Shown: positions 1-11,508 of the stretch, piece by piece | How the letters are laid out: each line of letters opens with the position of its first letter | Numbering within the stretch: position 1 is the first letter of the stretch | Notes under the pieces: generated by a model | The model's input: the letters and a program-made list of their open reading frames with translations, nothing else | The model's database searches: none | Told to the model about the DNA's origin: nothing | Position numbers and translations under genes: made by a program | Assembly (NCBI RefSeq): GCF_018350175.1 | Contig: NC_058368.1 | Span: 33,606,001-33,670,000 of the forward strand | DNA: 64,000 nucleotides | Reading direction: 5' to 3' | Source: Felis catus | Lineage: Eukaryota

Positions 1-780
1 TGATAAGTATTGTGATGGGGGAAATACTGAGTGAGACAAAAGCAAAAAATAGATAGGATGAACTTGATCTCAGGACCAGAAAAGTGTTCCAAAGGAAGAC
101 TATTTAAGGGATAGACTAGGAAGATAAATAAGAATTGCTCAAGAAAGTGAGAAATGTGAAGAAGGATAGGTAGTGGGGGATAAATGGTGTGAGACTCATT
201 TTTGAACAAAATCAAAAGCCTAACAGGAAGACACAGCTGGTCACTTTGGGGGACAAAGTTCACTGTATCTGAGGTTTAGAGTATATGGACATTGAATATG
301 TAAGAGAAATCACAAGATGAGGTTGGAGAGAAAGGCAAAACCCCATGATATAAGACCCAGTAATGCATGTTGCTTTATTCTTAGGACAATGGGAATCCAA
401 TGAAAGAATTGAAACAGAGTAGACATGATTTAAGAGATGATCCTGCTACAGTTTGCAAAATGATAAGCCATTTGACAGTGTGTTGTACTAGTTGGGGCAA
501 GAGATGATATGATCATTGCCTTTACTAGAAGTATGACTATGGATGAATTTGGTAGGCGCTTAAGAAATAGAAATATCAGTGCTCGATGTCTGAATAGTAT
601 CACTAAGGGCAGAAAGAGAAGCAACTGATGATTTCCATGTTACCACCTGTGAAAATAGGTTTAACAATGGAGTCATTTATTGTGAAGAGAAAGCCTCAGT
701 TTAGAAATAAATTTAATGTATTCAGATTTGACCGCTATACACATTGATAGCCGAGCACAAATGACCAATAAGCAAGAGGC
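1..780 (-). mobile_element. Ancient LINE-2 fragment
   Basis: Purine-rich text such as agatgaggttggagagaaaggca...tttattcttaggacaatgggaatccaatgaaagaattgaaacagagtagacatgat resembles the antisense strand of the L2 3' region as recalled. Heavily diverged, boundaries approximate. Confidence 0.6.
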
Positions 781-1074
781 TATAAAGTTCCACCATTTCC
801 TTAGCACTTTTTGGAGTAAAGTGACATGTGTTACTCTTCTGCAAGTGTGAATGTACTCTTTTCAATAATATTTCTACAATAATTTTGATCCACATCATAC
901 AAAGTTCTAATGATTACATCACCACTTCCATTAGAACATAAAGTGAAATAATGAGGAGCCAAGAAAAATCTTGGGTTGCTAACGTACTGTTAGGTGAGTT
1001 GGACAATGAATCATCTGAAAGAACCCTGAATTATGGCACTATGTGAATGTTTTAATGGCAGTTATATGTTATGT

Positions 1075-1096
1075 CTGTGTGTGTGTGTGTGTGTGT
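1075..1096. repeat. (TG)n microsatellite
   Basis: Direct reading. Confidence 0.95.
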
Positions 1097-1326
1097 CGCA
1101 CAACTAAAAGCCACCCATGTATTCTCCTAGAAATCTGCCATAACAGGAATGACACATCATACATTTTTGATGTTTGTGAGAATTCTGGGACACATCTACA
1201 TTCTCAGAGCCAGTCACGGAGAAATAATGTGGAAGGAAAATTTGGAGGGGAGGGTAGAACTAAAAGGATGCAATAATAGAAGGTACAAATAAAGGAATGT
1301 TCTTTTTTTGTGAGGGAATCTCTTCA

Positions 1327-1505
1327 GCTGCATTTCTCAATCTTACCTATATGTGGAGTCACCTGCGGAAGTTTTAAAACATACATGAACTAGGCCCACC
1401 CAATAAGTACAGACTCAGTGTCTGTGGGTTTAGGTGGTAGGCATGGTACTCTTTTCAAACCTTCATTAGTGAATCTGAGATCTACCCTTTATTAAGAGTA
1501 GCTAG
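1327..1505. mobile_element. MER5-like hAT-Charlie non-autonomous DNA transposon relic
   Basis: ttctcaatctt...ggagtcacctgcggaagttttaaaacatac...ggcccaccc...gtgaatctga follows the recalled MER5A/B layout over about 180 bp. Confidence 0.6.
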
Positions 1506-2367
1506 TTTATAACTTCTATTGAAAGGAGAAGAGTCATATATTGCTACATATTTTTAATTTTACAAATATAATTTCTAAGTGTGAAATGTAATATGGACAG
1601 TTGTACTTAAAAGTAACAGTTTAATACATCACCTCAATAAGAGAAAGGATAAAAACCATATGCTCATTTCAATAGATGCGTAAAAAGCATTTGACAAAGT
1701 ACAACATCCATTCATGATAAAAACTATCAACAAAGTACGTGGAGGGGGGAACATACTTCAACATAATAAAGGGCTTATATGAAAAATCCACAGCTAATAT
1801 ACTCAATGGGGAAAAACTGAGAGCTTTTCACCTAAGGTCAGGAACAAGGCAACAATGTCCTCTCTCACCACTTTTATTCAACACAGTACTGGATGTCCTA
1901 GCCACAGCAATCAACCAAAAGAAATAAAAACCATCCAAATTGACAAGTAAGGAGTAAAAATTTTACTATTTGAAGATGACATGATCCTCTAGGTAGAAAA
2001 GCCTAACAATGCTACTAAAAAACTACAAGAACTGATAAATGAATTCAGTAAAGTCACAGGATACAAAATTGATATACAGAAATCTGTTGCATTTCTGTAC
2101 ACTACAGGAAGAAGACATGAACAGACACTTCTCCAAAGAAGAGATACAGGTGGACAGCAGACACATAAAAAGATGCTCAACATCGCTCATCACCAGGGAA
2201 ATGCAAATCAAAACCACAATGAGATATTACCTTACGCCTGCTAGAGCTAAAACCAAAAACACAAGGAACAGGTGTTGGCAAGGATGTGGAGAAAAAGGAA
2301 TTCTTGTGTACTGTTGGTGGGAATGCAAACTGGTGCAGCCACTCTGGAAAACAGCATGGAGGTTCTT

Positions 2368-2541
2368 TTTTTTTTTAATTTTTTTTTCAACGTTTATTTA
2401 TTTTTGGGACAGAGAGAGACAGAGCATGAACGGGCGAGGGGCAGAGAGAGAGGGAGACACAGAATAGGAAACAGGCTCCAGGCTCTGAGCCATCAGCCCA
2501 GAGCCCGACGCGGGGCTCGAACTCACAGACCGCGAGATCGT
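2368..2541 (-). mobile_element. Young 5'-truncated Can-SINE (SINEC_Fc type) inserted in L1
   Basis: CpG-rich SINE body with (CT)n and A-tail on -. Perfect 14-bp TSD gcatggaggttctt at 2354-2367 and 2542-2555. Confidence 0.97.
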
Positions 2542-2922
2542 GCATGGAGGTTCTTCAAAAGGTGAAGGTATCCTAAGATCCACTAATTGTAATACTGGGT
2601 ATTTGCCAAATAATACAAAAACACTAATTCAAATGGATACATGCAACCCTATGTTTATTGTAGCATTATTTACAGTAGCCAAGATATGGAAGCAGCCCAA
2701 GTGCCAACTGACAGATGAATGGATAAAGAAGATGTGGCATACATATACAATGGAATATAATTCAGCCATAAAAGAGAACAAAATCTTGCCATTTGCAACA
2801 ACATGGATGGATCTAGAGAGTATAATGCTAAGCAAAATAAGTCACTCAGAGAAAAACAAATACATATGATTTCACCCTTATGGGGAATTTAAGAAACAAA
2901 ACAAATGAACAAAGGGGGAAAA

Positions 2923-2968
<46 letters not shown>
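2923..2968. repeat. (GA)n microsatellite in L1 3'UTR
   Basis: Direct reading. Confidence 0.95.
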
Positions 2969-2971
<3 letters not shown>

Positions 2972-3292
2972 CCAAGATACAGATACAAGATAGGTGAAGG
3001 GGTTTAAGAGTACATTTATCATTATGACCACTGAGTAATGTATAGAATTGTTGAAAAAAAGAAAGGTTTATAGTTTATTTTTTTTCCTACCAACCCAGGG
3101 ATTTCTTTAGGGATCAGAATTTCAGAAAGCATAACAGTAATAGGTTATCCACTTTGCATGTAATGCTTATTTTGTGAAAAATGTTTGTCTTTTAATAAAA
3201 CCCGTTAAGGAGATTAGTTTTCATCTTAGAGTGATGCTATAGCCACTGAACTGTAATATGCAGTTTTTACAGAATAATGTTGGTTTAGTATT

Positions 3293-3378
3293 TTTTTTCA
3301 TTTTTTTCAAACTTTATTTAAATTCCAGTTAGTTGACATATAGTTTAATATTAGTTTCAGGTGAGGATTTAGTGATTA
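3293..3378 (-). mobile_element. Very short L1 3'-terminal insertion (~86 bp)
   Basis: tttatttaaattccagttagttgacatatagtttaatattagtttcaggtg is the reverse complement of the L1 3' end (compare 48003-48050). TSD ggtttagtatt at 3282-3292 and 3379-3389. Confidence 0.85.
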
Positions 3379-3537
3379 GGTTTAGTATTCTTAAAAATAG
3401 ATTTTTTTCATAGCGATAAGACATGGAACAAAGATGTTTACCATATAAAAACAAATCCTAATCCTAATATTTTAAAAACACTTTTTTAGTCGACTAGTTA
3501 TTGAATAACCAACTACAATAAGAATACATACTGCATT

Positions 3538-3752
3538 AAAATTTTTTTTAATGTTTATTTATTTTTGTGAGAGAGAGAGAGACACAGACCATGAGTAGGG
3601 GAGGGGCAGAGAAAGAGGGAGACAGAATCCGAAGCAGGCTCCAGGCTCTGAGCTGTCAGCACAGAGCCCGATGCAGGGCTCAAAATCACAAACTGCAAGA
3701 TCATGACCTGAGCCAAAGTCAGAAGCTTAACTGACTGAGCCACCCAGCCGCC
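3538..3752 (-). mobile_element. Can-SINE
   Basis: Full SINE body ending ...ctgagccacccagccgcc, with (GA)n and T-tail on +. Confidence 0.97.
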
Positions 3753-5065
3753 ACAAGAATATACATTGTATTTAGAAAAGAGCCTGCCCCAGTTCCCACA
3801 ATATCCAGCTTATTTTCTCTTCTTCCAAGAGGGAGCCAATCGGTGACATTTTCCTATTCCAGACCAAATAAGAGCTACACCAAAGCAGAAAGAATGGGTA
3901 AAATTACAGCCGGACATTGCTGAGCTTTTTTCTTTTTGTGCCTTAATTTTCATGTCTTTAGAATGAAGAATCCCTTCAACCACAGTTTATTAAGCTAAGT
4001 AAGCCATGAGTTGCTAAAATAGTTTAAAATTGTTCTCTGAGCTTCTAGCCTAGATCCCTTGCTTAAGTAAATCTCACACTTCAATATCTGGATAGATACT
4101 ATAATTTCATTAAAATTAACAGGTTTGTCTACATTTTTAAAAATCTGTTAGGATAAAAACCAAGCTCTGGAACATCATGAAAGCCAACAGCCTTCCATCA
4201 AGATTCCCTCACAAAGAAACGTTTAAATATATGTGTGTTGTTAGACACATAACATATACCCTCTCCCCAGATACAAGGTAACAATATTCTGAAACACCTT
4301 TGACAATTTTGAAGAATAGCTATCCTTGTATAGATAATAAGCATTGTTATATGTTAATATCAAACCAAAGAAACATCTTTTAAAATAAGGTTTTAATCTG
4401 TAGGTGATCTTTTGAAAGTACTTAAGATTGCTTATTCTAACAAATGTGTGTCAGCGAAATAGTGATGTTATAAACTACCAAGTGAGAATGGAAGTTGATT
4501 TGCTACCAGAAAATAAACTCAAACATATTTGTTTAAATGAGCTTCCATCAGAATAGGATTAAGCCAAAATAAAATTAATTCTCTTTTATGATACAGTTCT
4601 TATTCTAAGAATGATGTTCCAGAAACTTCATTTCTCTTTAATTATTTTATCATGTGCTAAAATAAATAAAAAGAAAATATAAAAGAGCTTGGAACAGTTG
4701 TTTTCAAGCTAGGTGACAAAAGATAGCACCATAACCTCAAATGAAATAAATGGACTCATATGAGAAGAAAATCTTTGAAAATCGAAAATGTAGATGATAG
4801 CAGCTTTAAGTGGTCACCAACATTTCATTTATCCAACAAATATTTATTGAGATCCTACTATATGCTCAGAACCAGAGACAGAATTGTGTTAATGTCAGGC
4901 AAATCGGAGAGCATAGAGCCTAGATAGAAAACTATTACAATTATATGTTTACTTTATTAGCCAAAATTTTATATTTCAAGCATCTTTAAAATGTCTAAAA
5001 CTTTAGAATATTATTTGTAATTTTAACTATGAAGTACACGTGAAGTAATAATAAGAAAACTGTCA

Positions 5066-5198
5066 GGGGCACCTGGGTGGTTCAGTCAGTTATCTGACTT
5101 CAGCTTAGGTAATGAACTAATGGCTCATGAGTTCAAGCCCCACATTGGGCTCCCCCACTGAGCTGTCAGCTCAGAGCCTGGAGTCGGCTTCAGATTCT

Positions 5199-5232
<34 letters not shown>

Positions 5233-5317
5233 CTTTCTCTCTGCCCCTCTTCTGCTAGCACACTGTCTTTCTCTCTCTCAAAAATAAATAAATTTATAAA
5301 ACTCTTAAAAACAAAAA
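5066..5317 (+). mobile_element. Can-SINE
   Basis: ggggcacctgggtggttcagtcag head, (CT)n, A-tail. TSD aagaaa(a/c)ctgtc at 5053-5064 and 5318-5329. Confidence 0.97.
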
Positions 5318-5340
5318 AAGAAACCTGTCTTCAAACAAAA

Positions 5341-5402
5341 ATATATATACATATACATACACATATACATACATATATATACATATGCATATATACATAT
5401 GC

Positions 5403-5448
<46 letters not shown>
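5341..5448. repeat. Compound (CATATA)n/(TA)n microsatellite
   Basis: Direct reading; ends in a pure (TA)n run of about 40 bp. Confidence 0.95.
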
Positions 5449-5450
<2 letters not shown>

Positions 5451-5497
5451 CCACAAAGCCCCTTTGGACAAGGAGCAAAACAATTTTTTTTTAAAAT

Positions 5498-5990
5498 AGC
5501 GCACCTGGGTGGCTAAGTCATTTGAGCTTCTGACTCTTTAAAAAATTTTTTTTCTTATTACATTTATTTACTTTTGAGAAACAGAGTGAGACAACGCCTG
5601 AGTGGGAGAGGGGCAGAGAGAGAAGGAGACACAGAACCTAAGGCAGCCTCCAGGCTCTGAGCAAGAGGTCAGCACAGAGCCTGATGCGGGGCTCAAACCC
5701 ATGAACTGTGAGATCATGACCTGAGCCAAAGTCAGACACTCAACCGACTGAGCCACCCAGGTGCCCAGAGAGCTTCTGACTTTTGATGTCAGTTCAGGTC
5801 ATGATCCCAGGGTCATGTGATCAAGTCCAGCATCAGGCTCTGTGGTGACCAAGAAACATGCCTAAGATTATCCCTCTCTCCCTTTGCCCCACTCCCCCAC
5901 TGGTGCTATCTCATTCTCTATCTCTAAAGATTAAAAATATAAAAAAATAATTAAAAAATAATAAAATTTAAACAATAAAATAAAGCAAAA
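5498..5990 (+). mobile_element. Older Can-SINE interrupted by a nested SINE
   Basis: Head gcacctgggtggctaagtc at ~5500. The body resumes at 5770 (gagcttctgacttttgatgtcagttcaggtcatgatccc) and runs to an A-rich tail. Confidence 0.9.
5540..5767 (-). mobile_element. Can-SINE nested inside another SINE
   Basis: Complete antisense SINE flanked by the duplicated gagcttctgact (5524-5535 and 5770-5781). Confidence 0.95.
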
Positions 5991-6003
5991 TAAAATGTCA
6001 AAT

Positions 6004-6207
6004 GGGGTGGCTGGGTGGCTCAGCTGATTAAGCATCTGACTCTTGGGTTTCGGCTCAGGTCATGATCTCAAGGTTTGTGAGATTCTCTCTCTGTCTCTCT
6101 CTCTCTCTCTGTCCCTCCCCTGATCACACACTTTCTGTCTGATCACTTTCTGATCACTCACTGTCTCTCTCTCTCTCCCCCTCTCAAAATAAATAAATAA
6201 ACATTAA
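6004..6207 (+). mobile_element. Can-SINE with internal deletion
   Basis: The head jumps from gtttgtgag straight to attctctct, so the B-box region is missing. TSD-like aaaatg(t/g)caaat on both sides. Confidence 0.9.
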
Positions 6208-6826
6208 AAAAATGGCAAATAATATTTACAAGCTCTGGAAAGTAAGAAAAATCATATTCTTAACTTTATCAGAAATAAAAATATAAGACTTAAGTCTCTG
6301 ATATGAATTTATTTCCCAGTTTTAGGAAACTATCATACTGTTTTTAAAAAATCAGCATCTAGGAAAATATGTTTGAGTAGCTTACACCACAAGTATCAAC
6401 CCTGTGTTATGTATCTTACACTCAGCCCTTGAGCCTCCTTTATGACCTGTCCTGATTTCTATATGTTATGCCTAAGTCCGCTTCTGGTTAACTCACAGAC
6501 TGTGCACTCGGTGGTTCTGATCCAAGAGCGTTATGAATTACTTCATGAAATTTAAAATGCACATAGGTTGTCTAAAATCTCTCTTACTGGTTTTCGCGTG
6601 GAGTGTAGCATCAAAGAAAGGGGAGTTTGTCAGAGATACTTGAACTGACCAAAGAAATTTTAAGCATTTGTAGTGTCCTCTGGAAAGAAAAGTTTATACT
6701 AGAACAATTCTTCCCTATAGGATAGCATATTAGCTTCAGCTGATGACGCTCTACCCACAACTCAACTAGGAAATATAAGAGAGCAGACTAATGACAGGGG
6801 GGATATCACAGACTTGGGAATTAGAT

Positions 6827-6830
<4 letters not shown>

Positions 6831-6859
<29 letters not shown>
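6831..6859. repeat. (TG)n microsatellite
   Basis: Direct reading. Confidence 0.95.
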
Positions 6860-6862
<3 letters not shown>

Positions 6863-8199
6863 GGTGTGCACGTGCACATTGTGTGTGCTGGTAGTGATGA
6901 TGGTGGTTGGAAAGTTGTGGTTTGGTGTAAAGAAATGTAGAAAGAAACCAGGAGTTTCTAACGGTGTCCTTACTTATCCCCAGCTCTGCCTGCCTCATCG
7001 GTTTAGAGTAAGAAACTAGAAATGCCCAAATCAGGAGGGATAGTATGTACCCAGGGAGAGTGCAAAGCAGATAATGAAAGGGGAAAACTGACTAGCTAGA
7101 CCCTAAGCTAATTATACTCTGGAAACTAAAGGGCTACACAATGAGAAGTCAGCTTTTCAAGAGAAAAAAAGTGCTCACAATAAGTATAACTTCTGAGAGT
7201 TTTGTTTGGCTCAGGGCCACTACTGTAAGTGTGTAGGGAGGAGGGAGTGTGGCAAAGAGGGCGTGGTTGAACTTTAAAGTTTTCTGTAGAGGCAGCATAA
7301 GATGGGTCCTAGGCTTTCACCCCTCCTTTTACATACTCACATGTCTAGGTTTAAAACTGGCCCAACAAAAGAGGAGCTTAGAAAAAAAAATAATGAATTG
7401 CTGGTAGTGCTTGGACTATAAAAAAAATAATAATAATCAAAAGCTGATTAGTGTATTGTATGGGTTATTTACTTAAATGGGGGCAAACGGATTTAGAATT
7501 TTTAAAAACCCTAAGAAGATACCCTAATAAGACATCTCTGAATATCACCTCAGATGTAGTAAGCTAGAAAGAGTGCTGTTCTCATCCTTACAAAATAGAG
7601 AAAGAGGGACAAATTGCAAATTAATGATTTTTTCCTCTAGCCTGCCAGAGAAACTGAGGTTTCAGGCAAAGCACTTAATTCCAAAACTAGAGAGAGTTAG
7701 GCACCTTCAGGGAGAAGCCGAACACACACACATTTGCTTATCTAGGGTACATATGGCCATATGCCATTTAAGCCAGTTAAGACATAGTTGAAAATGTTTA
7801 ATGATTTGCTAAAGCTGTGTGTGAATTAGTGTGAGAACATGAAGCCACTGGGGGCTGCCCATGTAGGGGGACTTATTCCCACTTGCTGTGTTTCCTCAGT
7901 TAGCCCCATTGGCATTGGCAGGGGATAGTGGAAACAATCCTGAGAACATGTCTATGGTGATGCTGGCTGGGGTAGGGAAACAGCAGGTATTGCTGAAATT
8001 CTGCACAGACCATCCTTTTCCTTTCTTCCCCCAAACAAAATGTTTAATCTGTAGAGGCAAAGGGAACAGCGTTAAAAAGAAACAAACACAAGTACAAACC
8101 CTGAAAGAAAGCAATAGTACATGACGGGTCCAGAGCTATAGTTAGAGAAAGGGCAAGAAAATTTTCTTAGGTTATATCCCTAAGACCCAAGGACACAGT

Positions 8200-8984
8200 A
8201 CCTGCTGAGACTGGGTCTTAATCAGAACAGTAGAGAATGAATGTTCCACTCCTCGGCCCCTGCTACCATGCTAACAAGCATTGAGTAAAAATGGCAATGA
8301 AATAAAGATGAGAGCTGCAGACAGAATCTCTCCAAGTTACAGTATAAAGGCTCAAAGCCAAGGAGTGAGCAGACATTGAGCAAATAACCTTTGGTACTGA
8401 GGGCATGCTCATCAAATGAACATTAACATAGGTGTATTGTATTGGAGAATCCATGACAACTAAAAATACTCAAAGATAAAAATGAGCTTGATTTGTGTCA
8501 CAGTTTGATATGGCCTTCCAAAAATTTTATGCAATTCTAAGCTGCTTGAGTAGGAAGAGGGTCCCTAGGATACCAAATTGTTAACATTTTAAATATACTC
8601 CACACTGGCTGTACCACATTTTATTGTTACACACCCGAAGGGCAAAGTAGAGGGCGATACCAAGCCAACAAACATTCTAAAGAATGTAACCTAATGTGAT
8701 AGCACTAGAGAACATTCAAAATTTAATTGGTAGAAGGATCAAGGCATGTTCAACCTTGACAAAGAAAACTCTATGGAATATATGCTAGGTATTCAAAAAC
8801 ATTTAAGGATTTTCAAATGGAAAAAATGCATTTTGTACACGGTATTGCCAGATAGAAATAATTAGGACTAATTTGAATCAATCATTGAAGTCTATGCTTT
8901 CAATTATGGACAAAATAACTTCTAACTCATCAAAGTAGCCTAAAGATAAATATACTACTTCTGAGGTGTATAATTAAAGGTACT

Positions 8985-8988
<4 letters not shown>
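8200..8988 (+). mobile_element. Ancient CR1/L3 LINE fragment
   Basis: tcacagtttgatatggccttccaaaaattttatgcaattctaagctgc and gcatgttcaaccttgacaaagaaaactctatggaatatatgctaggtattcaaaaacatttaagg resemble recalled L3 3' ORF sequence. The left boundary is uncertain. Confidence 0.55.

Positions 8989-9033
<45 letters not shown>
8989..9033. repeat. (TG)n(TA)n microsatellite
   Basis: Direct reading. Confidence 0.95.
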
Positions 9034-9034
<1 letters not shown>

Positions 9035-9761
9035 ATAATTAATATTGGAAAATACTTTAAAGTTGATCATTATTAGATCAAATTATATTTAATACTCGCT
9101 GATTGTATCATTGTATCAGGGGTGAAACACACATCAGATTTTTCAACTCAGATTTTATATTGATACCTTTTGATAAAGAAAGCTTATGATCATACTTAGG
9201 CTAAAAATTTTACATGATATTAAATGCTATAAATCTTCTAAAATAAGTCCTTTGGCAGGAGATAGTACTAACTTTTTATTTCAATGGATAAACACAGCTA
9301 AGGAGAAAGTCAATGTAAACAATTCAGAAAAAAAAATTCAAAACGGGCAAGAGATTTATATTTATGTATTGAATGTACTAAAAACACTGAAGCTGCTTTG
9401 TATTATGTATGGCTTACACTTTAAGAATGCACTCTTCTTCTAAAGGAAAGCAACCTCAATACATTACATGAATCATTTTTCAGACAGGAAACACTGGGAT
9501 TTGCCAATATCAGTGAAGGTGACCCTTTTGTAAGAGTTTCCTTTCCTTTTGTCTCCATCTTCCACCAGGTTCTTGGATAAATTTAAAAATAGAATTGGCA
9601 CTTGAAAATATATCTTAATTTATGTTTAAATATTAACAACTCTATAATTTAAAAGAAAATCTTGACAATGCTTTGTAGCTTGTGTTTATAGGGAAGATTT
9701 CATGAAACAAAAGACAGAGAACTGAAAATGGCTTCTGGGTTTGCATGTTACAAAAGAAAAG

Positions 9762-9765
<4 letters not shown>

Positions 9766-9815
<50 letters not shown>
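9766..9815. repeat. (GA)n microsatellite
   Basis: Direct reading; explains the RERERE run in ORF 9745..10122. Confidence 0.95.
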
Positions 9816-9818
<3 letters not shown>

Positions 9819-10481
9819 GCTGCCAGGAATAACAGAATGTGAAACAAGACTTGCAATTCATCAATACAATTTTTTTTCTTTTTTTTTTTTTTTTAACCTG
9901 GGGCAGAGCTGGTTGAACAGATGTGGAGGGATTTCAGTTCAGGAAGGGAAAAGTATCCTGGATCCATACAAAAGAGCAATTTTTTTTTTTTTTCAGTGCA
10001 GAATCCTATGGGATGTCTATGGTAGGGAGGCAACACTGGTAACCCTGGCTTATTCTCTTGAGTCAAAAGAGCACAAAGGCATTATCCATCTATATTTCCC
10101 CATAAGACATTGTCTGGCATAAATTTAAGAATAAATACTATGGAAAACAATGTAGCAACTATATTCTTTTCTAATAAAATAAGATTAATTATTAAAGAGC
10201 TCAGGTCTTAACTCTATTTTAAAATAAAATCCAATAAAAAAGGCAACTGAATTTAATCAACAAATAAAATACTTGCTGCTAATATTTTTATAATTTTTCC
10301 AAATATGATTTTCTTAAATAATTCATATATCTCATAATTCATTTAAATCATATAAATGATAATACTTCCAAACCTAACAGTTTTAAGCAATTTTGGGTAA
10401 CATTAACAGCCAAACTCTATAATCAAATTTGCCTTCTGCAATATTTCCATTTTCTATAGCTTTTTACATTCATCAATAATT

Positions 10482-10699
10482 TTTTTTTAATTTTTTAACA
10501 CTTATTCATTTTTGAGAGACAGAGAGAGACAGAGCATGAGCGGGGAAGGGGCAGAAAAAGGGAGACACAGAATCCGAGGCAGGCTCCAGGCTCTGAGCTG
10601 TCAGCACAGAGCCCAACGCAGTGCTCAGACTCACAAACTGCAAAATCATGACCTGAGCCAAAGTTGGTCGCTCAACCAACTCAGCCACCCAGGCGCCCC
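10482..10699 (-). mobile_element. Can-SINE
   Basis: Complete element. Perfect 17-bp TSD tacattcatcaataatt at 10465-10481 and 10700-10716. Confidence 0.97.
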
Positions 10700-10759
10700 T
10701 ACATTCATCAATAATTGCTACAAATTTAACCATACTGTAACATGGGGTAGCCACTTTCT

Positions 10760-10994
10760 TTTTTTCCTTAATGATTGCTTGTTTGTTTATGTATGTATGT
10801 TTGTATTTATTTATTTAGAGAGAACACAAATAGGGGAGGGGCAGAGAGAGAGAGAGAGAGAGAGAGAGATTCAAGCAGGCTCCTCACTGTCAGTGCAGAG
10901 CCTGGAGCAGGGCTAAATCTCGTGAACTACAAGATCATGACGTGAGCCAAAACCAAGAGTTGGATACTCAACCAACTGAGCCACCCAGACACCT
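10760..10994 (-). mobile_element. Can-SINE (older subfamily)
   Basis: SINE body ...caaccaactgagccacccagacacc with a degenerate tail. Confidence 0.93.
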
Positions 10995-11287
10995 GAGTAG
11001 CACCTTTCTCAATCAAGTGTGTGAGTCTTATGTATGAGAACAGAACCAAGAAAAAAAGCAAACAAACAAAACCCTAGTCATATGACATAAGGTACCTAGA
11101 AATGGCACATATTACCAATGGCCAAAGGCACACACATTCCAATTAACAAAGCAAGTTGCACTGTCAAACCTTTCATCAGTGGGCAGGATGTAAAATCCTA
11201 TTGCAGGAGAAGGTCCAGGAGGAAAGGGAAATAAATATTTTTGACAAATAATACAATCCAGAACATAAATAGATAGTGTTATATCTT

Positions 11288-11508
11288 TTTTTTTTAATTT
11301 TTTTTCAACGTTTATTTATTTTTGGGACAGAGAGAGACAGAGCATGAACGGGGGAAGGGCAGAGAGAGAGGGAGACACAGAATCAGAAACAGGCTCCAGG
11401 CTCTGAGCCATCAGCCCAGAGCCTGACGCGGGGCTCGAACTCATGGACCGCGAGATCGTGACCTGGCTGAAGTCGGACGCTTAACCGACTGCGCCACCCA
11501 GGCGCCCC
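11288..11508 (-). mobile_element. Young full-length Can-SINE (SINEC_Fc type)
   Basis: CpG-rich. TSD atagtgtta(t/c)atctt at 11273-11287 and 11510-11524. Confidence 0.97.

Larger units (their letters stand above)
1622..3060 (+). mobile_element. 5'-truncated, internally deleted carnivore L1 (ORF2 RT part, ORF2 C-terminus, 3'UTR)
   Basis: ORF-track peptides [36 protein letters not shown] and WKQPKC...DEWIKKMW are L1 ORF2p motifs. Collinear with the L1s at 30.1-32.4 kb and 45.8-48.0 kb apart from the deletions. Confidence 0.95.

Noticed and set aside
3555..3743. Recurrent peptide family MAQSV...LAQVMIS...GSVLTAQSLEPASDSVS in many ORFs
   Set aside because: These are conceptual translations of Can-SINE copies, not a gene family.
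9484..9529. Possible plus-strand micro-exon (tttttcag|...|gtaaga)
   Set aside because: Weak donor context, unrecognised peptide and no partner exons.
9745..10122. 125-aa ORF
   Set aside because: Extended by (GA)n and poly-T tracts; no protein-like character.
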